A stretch of DNA of 42,278 nt, from NCBI GenBank assembly GCA_012727545.1, contig JAAYHA010000169.1, positions 1 through 42,278 on the forward strand, written 5' to 3'. A program made the translations under genes and the position numbers. Below are positions 35,349 to 42,278 of the stretch, in pieces. The stretch's first letter is position 1. Every line of letters starts with the position of its first letter. This DNA comes from Synergistaceae bacterium (lineage in GTDB: Bacteria; Synergistota; Synergistia; Synergistales; Synergistaceae). The notes beneath the pieces were generated by a model. The model searched no databases and had not been told where the DNA came from. It saw nothing but the letters and a program-made list of their open reading frames with translations.

Positions 35349-36522
35349 TTTTGCCACTTCCAAGCCTTGGGTCTATCTTCTCTTCGAGAAACCGGCCGAT
35401 GTCCATGAAAATCAGGCACAGGGCCACTATGCCGAGACCCGGAGGTATAAGCAGCCACCAAGCGCCTTCTGTGAATGCCCCGAAGGAGTGTGCTTCATGG
35501 AGCATTCTGCCCCACGATATGAGCCTCGGATCCGACAAACCAAGAAAAGCCAGCCCGGCTTCAGCCAGAATGGCACCCGGGACTCCCAGCGCAATATTTG
35601 CAAGAAGTATGGGTGCCGCCTCCGGCACAAGGTGGCGCCTGAGGATATACCCACGCTTTGCACCCAGGACCCTGAGCCCCTCGACCCACGGACTTTCCCT
35701 TACTGTAAGCACAAGTGCCCTGACTGAACGTGCGGTTCCCATCCAGGAAAATATCGATAGTATGAGTACAAGCTGCCAGAGGCCTTTTCCCCACAGCCCT
35801 GCCAGGACCATCATTATGGGCAGTGTCGGTATTGAGAGCAAAACATCTACGATCCGCATCACAAATGCATCGAACAGTCCCCCTATGTAACCTGTAGCAA
35901 GTCCAAGTCCAAGCCCCAGGAGACTGGCAATGAGCGTTGCGCTGATGCCCACGATCAGAGATGTACGTATACCAAAAATTAGCAGAGTCAGGACATCACG
36001 GCCTCTCTGGTCTGTTCCCAGCAGCCCCTCCCGCCCTCCGGAAAGTGAGAGTGAAAGTTCCGTTTCCATAGCCCCTTCAGTACGCAGAGAGTATCTTCCG
36101 CTTGAAGGGAAAAGATGTTCTGCGCTTTTTCCTATCAGAGGAAGTCCTAGCTTCTGCTTGAATATCATGTCCCTGCCGTCCATATTTATCCAGTAGAGAT
36201 CGCTTCCCGTAAGCGTATCCAGGGTCTTTTCGCCCACAGGTGTGGACCATATTATCCTTACCTCTTTTTCAGGATCGGCTGTTATCCTGCCGTTAAGGGC
36301 AAAAATTTCAGGAGGAAGTTTTTCCCAGTTGATCTCAACTCCACTATTTCCTACGACGTATTCAGAAGAGAGGGGAAGCTTGGCATTCCACCATAGTGGC
36401 CTCGCAAAGGGAGCCCCGGTCACATCTGAGGGATGCCCCGAGATAAGCATCGGACCAAGGAAGCCTGCGAAGAATATACAGATGAGCATGATCACGCTCT
36501 TCCGTTTCAGGATGTCCCTCAT
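35341..36522 (-). CDS. Peptide/nickel ABC permease (DppC-like) with large extracytoplasmic insertion
   Basis: LLGTDQRGRD, EAA-like motif (VEGLRVLG), EAGLAFLGL, SWG and WW...PG. Confidence 0.9.
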   Translation of the reverse strand: MRDILKRKSVIMLICIFFAGFLGPMLISGHPSDVTGAPFARPLWWNAKLPLSSEYVVGNSGVEINWEKLPPEIFALNGRITADPEKEVRIIWSTPVGEKTLDTLTGSDLYWINMDGRDMIFKQKLGLPLIGKSAEHLFPSSGRYSLRTEGAMETELSLSLSGGREGLLGTDQRGRDVLTLLIFGIRTSLIVGISATLIASLLGLGLGLATGYIGGLFDAFVMRIVDVLLSIPTLPIMMVLAGLWGKGLWQLVLILSIFSWMGTARSVRALVLTVRESPWVEGLRVLGAKRGYILRRHLVPEAAPILLANIALGVPGAILAEAGLAFLGLSDPRLISWGRMLHEAHSFGAFTEGAWWLLIPPGLGIVALCLIFMDIGRFLEEKIDPRLGSGKNA

Positions 36523-37496
36523 TGGTCTCTGCCTCCTACACGCACCCTTGGATCGACAAGTCCGTAGACGACATCCGCCAGCAGGTTTGATATTACCGTG
36601 ATAAGGGCCAGCATGTAGAATGCGGCGCCGGCAGAAGGATAATCATGTCCTGAGACTGCCTCGAGCAGGAATGTCCCGACCCCGTGGAGTGAAAAGACAG
36701 ATTCTGTGATCACCGCTCCGGATACCAGCCCGGGGACGGACATCAGCAGGATAGTAAGTATCGGAGGAAGAATGGTCCGGAAAGCATGTCCGTAGACCAC
36801 GCGGTTTTCTGAAAGGCCCCTGGCTCTGGCCATCAGGACAAAATCTTCCCCCAAAGCCTTCACCATAAGGTTGCGTACATAAAGAGCCCATCCTCCGAAT
36901 CCCATAAGCGTTAGGGAAAGGACAGGCAGTGCCATGTGCCAAAGATAGTCCAGTGTGACCGAAAGGGTCCCGACCGGCTGAGGGATAGAGACGCTTCCCC
37001 TGAGCGGGAATATCGGAAATGTGCGTGCGAGGAGCATGATAAGTACAAGCTGTACAAAGAATCCGGGAAATGAAGCCGTGACCGCGCCTGCCCTCAAAAC
37101 TATCCTTTCAGCGAGTTTCCCTCTGTTCAGGGCAGCTTTGATCCCAAGCCAAATACCCAGGGCCGACGAGAGGAACATTGAAGTCGCCATGAGGAACAAT
37201 GTCCCGGGTAGACGGGAGAGCAGTTCGTCCCATACCGGTTTCCTGCTGAGGAATGAGAGCCCGAAGCTGAACGTGAGCATCTGTTTTATGTAAAGAAAAA
37301 ACTGTTCCAGCAACGGCTTGTCCAGACCGTAGAGTTCCCTGAGCCTGTCCTTTGCCTCAGGAGAAAAATTTGGGTCAATAATAGTGCTTACCGCATCACC
37401 GGGCATTACCCTGAAGAGAATGAAATTCAGGACCAATACGGCCGCCAGCACCCCTATAGATGATAATAATCTGCCCCAGAACCACCTGTTCTTCAT
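36519..37496 (-). CDS. Peptide/nickel ABC permease (DppB-like)
   Basis: MPGD, YGLDKPL..Q, HMALP, ARARGL, TESVFS..GVG and LVDPRV. Confidence 0.93.
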   Translation of the reverse strand: MKNRWFWGRLLSSIGVLAAVLVLNFILFRVMPGDAVSTIIDPNFSPEAKDRLRELYGLDKPLLEQFFLYIKQMLTFSFGLSFLSRKPVWDELLSRLPGTLFLMATSMFLSSALGIWLGIKAALNRGKLAERIVLRAGAVTASFPGFFVQLVLIMLLARTFPIFPLRGSVSIPQPVGTLSVTLDYLWHMALPVLSLTLMGFGGWALYVRNLMVKALGEDFVLMARARGLSENRVVYGHAFRTILPPILTILLMSVPGLVSGAVITESVFSLHGVGTFLLEAVSGHDYPSAGAAFYMLALITVISNLLADVVYGLVDPRVRVGGRDQ

Positions 37497-39196
37497 TCGG
37501 CCCTCACATTTTTCTTTTCGAGCATACGATAATGTTCGTTCCTTTTCATCATTACAAACTCACCCGGCCTGTATTCATCAAGCATGAACGGACCGGCACC
37601 CACAAGGCCATAGGGACCGAATTTGCCGTTTGGGTCTATTGGGTTCCAGTTCTGCCAGTCCTTTACCTCCTGAAGTGCCTCAGCCGGCATGCAGGGGAGG
37701 CCTCCTATGTTGTCGAGGTACCAGTAACTCGTTCCTTCCATCTCCACTGTAAGCTCTGTACTGTTTTTCACAGTTACAGAGGCGATATTTTTGACAGAAT
37801 CATAGAATCTGGGGATGCTGTTCTTCTTGAGGAAATCAAAAGTGGCTTTTATATCCGACGCTTTTAGTGGGCTCCCGTCGCTCCATTTGAGTCCTTTTCG
37901 GAGCCTGAAGGTCAGCCTTGTATGTTCATTGCCTTCATTTGAGACGGTTTCGACAGACCAGGATTCAGCAAGTGAAGGCATGTCGTCAAGAGTGAACGGG
38001 TTCGTTCCTATCAGGCTTTCATATATAAGACCAAGTATCTGCCAGGAATATGCGCTGCTTGCCACAAAAGGATTCAGGTTCCTCGGTTCTTCGGCAAGGA
38101 CCATGTTCAGCTGCCGCTCTTTTCCGTCAGCAGGCTCTGCCATTAGGAGAGTCCACATGTTATCGGCTGTCATCTTCTCGTTGAAAAAGACATTTTTCCA
38201 TTTTTTTGAGACCGCTGAAACAGAAAATCTGCTGTACACAGGGATAGAGGGCATAAGTTCAGCCAGAAGCAACTGCGACCTTTTTGAGGCTATTTCTGCA
38301 TCTGTCCTGTTTTTTGCGTATCTCAGCCTTAACAGTGCGTCGTCAAGTGCCTTGTCATGGATCGACGTCATGTTATATCCGCCGGGAATGTCCATTGAGC
38401 TGTGATAGAAGGAGTAGAGCGAATCAGGGTTTCTGCCCATACTCCATGCGATGACGCCCAGTGAGTATTCTTTCCTGTCCAGCTTACCTATCATTGCAGA
38501 GAAATCCATCGGCTCGACATCAACGGGAAAACCGACTGACCTGAGAGAATCAGCGATCTGCTCCGCAAGCTCAGCTGTAGTAGGCGCTACACGTGCAAGC
38601 GGCGTCAGGAGCTTCATTTTACCCACAGGAGTTCCGTCAGGATATATCAGGCTGCCCGTAAGGCTCCATTTGTATCCTTTTTCGCTGAGCCTTTTTTTTG
38701 CGGATCCCCTGTCATAAATATTCTTCGTGCTTTCAGGCAGGGACCACGGCGATACCGGAGGCAGCCAGCTGTTTATCGGCTCGCAGTACCCGGAATATAT
38801 CGTTCGAACCATATTGTTCCTGTCTATAGCTTCTGCTGCGGCATGCCTTACTTCTGGGTCGTCCCATGGTCTGCTCTTATTGTTGAGCAGGATAAAAAAA
38901 GCGTGGAACCCCCTCGCAAGCGACATGGAAAGTCCCGGATCCCTGCTGAGTCTGTCTATATCTGAAGGTCTTGTTATATCGCTGACGATATCCAGCTCCC
39001 CTTTTTCAGCAGCCAGGACCTGGGAATCGGAATTGGTTATTATGACCATGCACAGTTTTTTGATGCGCGGGCCGTAAACGTTCTCCGGATCAAATCTTTC
39101 TCCTGCACAGGCTGGAACTGCCAGGAGGAGTGTGGCCAGAAAGATAGGGCAAAAGACATAGAACGGCCTGATGAATTTCTGGGGCATTCGTCTCAT
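37493..39196 (-). CDS. Family-5 ABC solute-binding protein, apparently circularly permuted
   Basis: Signal peptide followed by all family-5 motifs, but with the normally N-terminal block (EPRNLNP...LAESW...KWSDG...GAGPF...KRNEHY) placed at the C-terminus. Confidence 0.88.
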   Translation of the reverse strand: MRRMPQKFIRPFYVFCPIFLATLLLAVPACAGERFDPENVYGPRIKKLCMVIITNSDSQVLAAEKGELDIVSDITRPSDIDRLSRDPGLSMSLARGFHAFFILLNNKSRPWDDPEVRHAAAEAIDRNNMVRTIYSGYCEPINSWLPPVSPWSLPESTKNIYDRGSAKKRLSEKGYKWSLTGSLIYPDGTPVGKMKLLTPLARVAPTTAELAEQIADSLRSVGFPVDVEPMDFSAMIGKLDRKEYSLGVIAWSMGRNPDSLYSFYHSSMDIPGGYNMTSIHDKALDDALLRLRYAKNRTDAEIASKRSQLLLAELMPSIPVYSRFSVSAVSKKWKNVFFNEKMTADNMWTLLMAEPADGKERQLNMVLAEEPRNLNPFVASSAYSWQILGLIYESLIGTNPFTLDDMPSLAESWSVETVSNEGNEHTRLTFRLRKGLKWSDGSPLKASDIKATFDFLKKNSIPRFYDSVKNIASVTVKNSTELTVEMEGTSYWYLDNIGGLPCMPAEALQEVKDWQNWNPIDPNGKFGPYGLVGAGPFMLDEYRPGEFVMMKRNEHYRMLEKKNVRAE

Positions 39197-39780
39197 AGAC
39201 CTTCTCCGCTGTAAGTGCTTTTTATGATTATTTCTTTAGAGGGTACGGGTTTGCCGGTGATGATGTTAAGGATAAGCCTGCCTGCGAGCACTCCTGTTTC
39301 AAAGGTGGGAACGTCAAGTTCCTTCTCCCATATTACAGGGTACGACCCCGGGTAACGAAAACCGATCGTGACGACCGGTGCGGCAGATTCTCCCGGAAAG
39401 TTCTCATGGTCGATCCAGATGATGCCCTCAACGCTCCTGTCTATAAGCTTGCCATATTCCCTGGCAGCCCTGAGGGGGTTCCCCTCCGTGCGCTTCAATA
39501 TTATCTCGTATTCAGATTTCGAGATAGTCCTGTCGAGTCCTGATATAAAGTGAGAAAACCAGTCGGGCGTGAAATCACGGACTACCAGACCTATCAGTCC
39601 GCTCCTGTTGGTGGAAAGGTTGCGGGCGTTTTTGTCCAGACGGTAATTGAGTGCCCTCACAGCATCCATCACCTTTACCCTGGTCTTTTCCGAGATCCTG
39701 TGGTCGCCCTTCAGGACGCGGCTCACTGTTGCCTTGTCCACGCCTGCTTCAAGAGCGACATCCTGCATCGTGACCTTCAT
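39193..39780 (-). CDS. LacI family regulator with shortened effector domain
   Basis: TMQDVA..AGV..ATVSRVL HTH, LNY....AR.L hinge; only 195 aa. Confidence 0.9.
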   Translation of the reverse strand: MKVTMQDVALEAGVDKATVSRVLKGDHRISEKTRVKVMDAVRALNYRLDKNARNLSTNRSGLIGLVVRDFTPDWFSHFISGLDRTISKSEYEIILKRTEGNPLRAAREYGKLIDRSVEGIIWIDHENFPGESAAPVVTIGFRYPGSYPVIWEKELDVPTFETGVLAGRLILNIITGKPVPSKEIIIKSTYSGEGL

Positions 39781-39793
39781 CTGAACACCTCAT

Positions 39794-39849
39794 AATGCAA
39801 CCGTTTGTATTGCTTCTCATATTATAACCAGTCAAACATGCGCGGGCAA
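39794..39849 (-). promoter_or_regulatory. Promoter and LacI-type operator of the LacI-ABC operon
   Basis: Minus strand TTGCCC (39849-39844), 17 bp spacer, TATAAT (39826-39821). Near-palindrome AATGCAACCGTTTGTATT (39794-39811) with central CG. Confidence 0.7.
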
Positions 39850-39879
39850 CAGCCGGCGCATCTCATGCCGCAAGAAATA

Positions 39880-39912
39880 CCCGGGCCCACCTGCTTTAAA
39901 GGTGGGCCCGGG
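39880..39912 (-). terminator. Hairpin terminator after the oxidoreductase operon
   Basis: Perfect 12-bp stem CCCGGGCCCACC/GGTGGGCCCGGG followed by TATTTCTT on the minus strand. Confidence 0.7.
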
Positions 39913-39959
39913 ATAGCATATAGGCGGCCTAAGAAGCTCTCATACCAGGCCGAACTGCT

Positions 39960-40892
39960 TTAACCGGCACATTTTTTCAGAAGACGTTCCCATTCCCTGT
40001 CAACTTCGGACTGTCCCTGTGCAACAAGGTCCATCCTCTCCCTGCCCTTTTTGAAAAGGTGGGAGTAACGTCCCTGCGACCTGAGGAAATCTTCCAGCGG
40101 AACAGGGTTTTTGGGGTTATATGACAGGACGTACTTGCCGTCTATAACTTCATACACCGGCCAGAAACGGCTATCGGCAGCAAGCTTGCAGACTTTCATC
40201 TGATCAGCGGAATCAATTTTCCAGAAGAGCGGGCATGGTACAAGTACATTTACAAATGCCGGACCCGGTGTCTCTACAGCCCTTTTGACCTTGGTGATGA
40301 GATCCATAGGGTTATGGAGAGTTGTCTGTGCAACATAGGGGATATCATGTGCAGCAACTATCTCTGTCAGGTTTTTTGCCCTCTGGAGCTTTCCGGGGAT
40401 CACGCTTCCTGCAGGTGAAGTCGTTGCATTTGCGCTCACAGGAGTGGCGCTGCTTCGCTGAGCCCCGGTGTTCATGTAACCCTGATTGTTATAGCAGATG
40501 TATGTAAAATCGTGGCCTCTTTCAAGCGCACCCGAAAGAGACTGCAAGCCTATGTCGTAGGTACCTCCGTCACCGCCGAACGCTACGAATTTGATCTTCT
40601 CCTTAGCCACACCCTTTTTGCTAAGGATCCTGTGTGCAGCTTCAACCCCGGAAATGCCAGCACCTGCATTTTCAAACGCCACATGCATAAAGGGAACTCT
40701 CCATGCGCTGTAGGGATAAACCGTGGTGGATACTTCCAGGCATCCCGTAGCCCCTACGACCACAACAGGATCTTCTACAGCCATCAATGCCTGCCTCACT
40801 GCTGTTGGCGCACCGCATCCCGGGCACATCCTGTGCCCTTCTGTCAGGGGATTCTGTTTTTTCGTAAGTTCCTTAAGGTTAATTCCCGCCAT
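39960..40892 (-). CDS. porB: Pyruvate/2-oxoacid:ferredoxin oxidoreductase beta subunit (TPP-binding)
   Basis: GHRMCPGCG, ATGCLEV, GGDGGTYDIG.Q.LSG and YMNTG.QRS. Confidence 0.92.
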   Translation of the reverse strand: MAGINLKELTKKQNPLTEGHRMCPGCGAPTAVRQALMAVEDPVVVVGATGCLEVSTTVYPYSAWRVPFMHVAFENAGAGISGVEAAHRILSKKGVAKEKIKFVAFGGDGGTYDIGLQSLSGALERGHDFTYICYNNQGYMNTGAQRSSATPVSANATTSPAGSVIPGKLQRAKNLTEIVAAHDIPYVAQTTLHNPMDLITKVKRAVETPGPAFVNVLVPCPLFWKIDSADQMKVCKLAADSRFWPVYEVIDGKYVLSYNPKNPVPLEDFLRSQGRYSHLFKKGRERMDLVAQGQSEVDREWERLLKKCAG

Positions 40893-42075
40893 TTTCTTCA
40901 TCCTTTTCAAGCAGTCCTATATACCTTGCGGTATCGCTGTAGTCATTTTCCATAAGCCCTGAAAAAACTTTTTCGGCATCCCTCGGGTAGAGGTCCCTGC
41001 CTCCGAGTCCGAACAGGTACTCCTGCAGCGGCACCCTTTCGCTCAGCCCGTAAAGTGCCGACTTTACCTCCGCGGCCAGCGGCGCAGTTCCTCCGATGCT
41101 TGCACTTCTGTCGAGCACGGCAACACCTTTTTTGCCCTTAGCAAGTTTTTTAAGCTCTTCAGCGGGGAAGGGCCGGAAAAATCTCACCCTTAGACATCCC
41201 GCCTTTACTCCCCTTTCACGCATTTCATCAACTACATCCTTAACAACTCCTGTAGCAGAGGACATGATCACGATCAGGTATTCAGCATCTTCCGCACGGT
41301 AGGCATCAAGCATGTGGTATTCCCTTCCTGTGTACCCGGCAAGCTCTTTACTAAGTTCTTTGTAGACCCTTGGGACGTTGTTCATTCCCTCTATCTGTGT
41401 TCTCTTTATCTCAAAATAGTATTCCGACATTGTGAATGAACCATATGAGACCGGATTGTCCACATCAAGAAGCGGATATTTTGCCTTCCTTTCACCCACA
41501 AACTTTTTGACTGACTCGTCAGAAAGAAGTTCTACCGGTTCATAGCAGTGACTGGTGATAAAGCCGTCCTGACATACAAATACAGGGGTGAGCACATCAT
41601 CATGCTCTGCCAGTCTGACCGCAAGCAGAACAGAATCATAAACTTCCTGGGCATCTTCGCAGTATATCTGTATCCATCCCGAATCGCGCTCCGGCATGCT
41701 GTCTGAATGGTCGCAGTGTATATTGACAGGCGCACCAAGGCTCCTGTTTACAAGACCGAAAACGATCGGTGCACGAAATGCAGCTGCGATTGGAAAGATC
41801 TCATGCATAAGGGCAACACCGTTCGCGCTGGAAGCAGTCATTACTCTCGCCCCCGATACCGAGGCTCCCACACATGCTGTGATCGCCGAGTGTTCGCTTT
41901 CTACTGCCACATACTCTGAATCCACCAAGCCGTTTGCAACAAACTCCGCAAACTTTACAGGGATCTCCGTTGAGGGAGTGATCGGGTATGCTGCCACCAC
42001 ATCCGGATTCACCTGTCTCATAGCTTCCGCAAAGGCAAGGTTGCCGGAAGTCATCTCTTTTCTCTTACTTAACAT
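40879..42075 (-). CDS. porA: Pyruvate/2-oxoacid:ferredoxin oxidoreductase alpha subunit
   Basis: AAYPITPS, VESEHSA, NIHCDHSD, DGFITSH, RPFP and GLGGRD. Start placed at MLSKRK. Confidence 0.92.
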   Translation of the reverse strand: MLSKRKEMTSGNLAFAEAMRQVNPDVVAAYPITPSTEIPVKFAEFVANGLVDSEYVAVESEHSAITACVGASVSGARVMTASSANGVALMHEIFPIAAAFRAPIVFGLVNRSLGAPVNIHCDHSDSMPERDSGWIQIYCEDAQEVYDSVLLAVRLAEHDDVLTPVFVCQDGFITSHCYEPVELLSDESVKKFVGERKAKYPLLDVDNPVSYGSFTMSEYYFEIKRTQIEGMNNVPRVYKELSKELAGYTGREYHMLDAYRAEDAEYLIVIMSSATGVVKDVVDEMRERGVKAGCLRVRFFRPFPAEELKKLAKGKKGVAVLDRSASIGGTAPLAAEVKSALYGLSERVPLQEYLFGLGGRDLYPRDAEKVFSGLMENDYSDTARYIGLLEKDEENGGN

Positions 42076-42278
42076 GGTCTGCCACTCTCCCCGGATCTTC
42101 TCCGTGCTCTCTCTTTTCGTTGGTAAAATCGGCCTCCTGGTGCATGGAGATCGCATTTACGGGACATACCTGCGCACATACGCCGCACCCCTTGCAGAAG
42201 AACATGTTGATCCCGCATACACGTCCCTCTTCATTGGTCTTAATGGAGGAATCCGGACACTGAAGCCAGCATTTCAGG
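42065..42278 (-). CDS. porD: 2-oxoacid:ferredoxin oxidoreductase delta (2x[4Fe-4S]) subunit, C-terminal part
   Basis: Manual translation LKCWLQCPDSSI...FFCKGCGVCAQVCPVNAISM...DHVK*; not in ORF track. Confidence 0.88.
   Translation of the reverse strand, partial: LKCWLQCPDSSIKTNEEGRVCGINMFFCKGCGVCAQVCPVNAISMHQEADFTNEKREHGEDPGRVADHVK

Overview
A gene-dense chromosomal window from an anaerobic bacterium. Gene content and protein style suggest Synergistota/Synergistaceae, but this is inference. No rRNA, tRNA, CRISPR, prophage or transposase is visible. From left to right: (1) a minus-strand operon of an asparaginase-fold protein, rimO, pgpA, cinA/pncC, thpR and recA (truncated at the window edge); (2) dedA, corA and msrAB; (3) typA with a DUF815 ATPase; (4) a TSUP transporter, ornithine cyclodeaminase-like enzyme and YheO/DauR-type regulator; (5) ychF, an OYE-family oxidoreductase, an M55 D-aminopeptidase, a ROK kinase and a 2-hydroxyacid dehydrogenase; (6) feoAB, a REP-like palindromic element, an M23 peptidase and an EamA transporter; (7) an archaeal-type CobT; (8) a complete V/A-type ATPase operon in the order D-G-C-I-K-F-E-A-B; (9) a MOSC protein and mscL; (10) a LacI-led peptide/nickel-type ABC operon; (11) pyruvate/2-oxoacid:ferredoxin oxidoreductase delta, alpha and beta. 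The most notable observations are a family-5 solute-binding protein that appears circularly permuted, within an operon that also has a permease with a large insertion and a truncated LacI; an asparaginase homologue lacking all catalytic motifs; a probable CTG start for thpR; a possible dual-start MsrAB; and a Cys-rich FeoB N-terminus coupled to feoA across a C9 tract.
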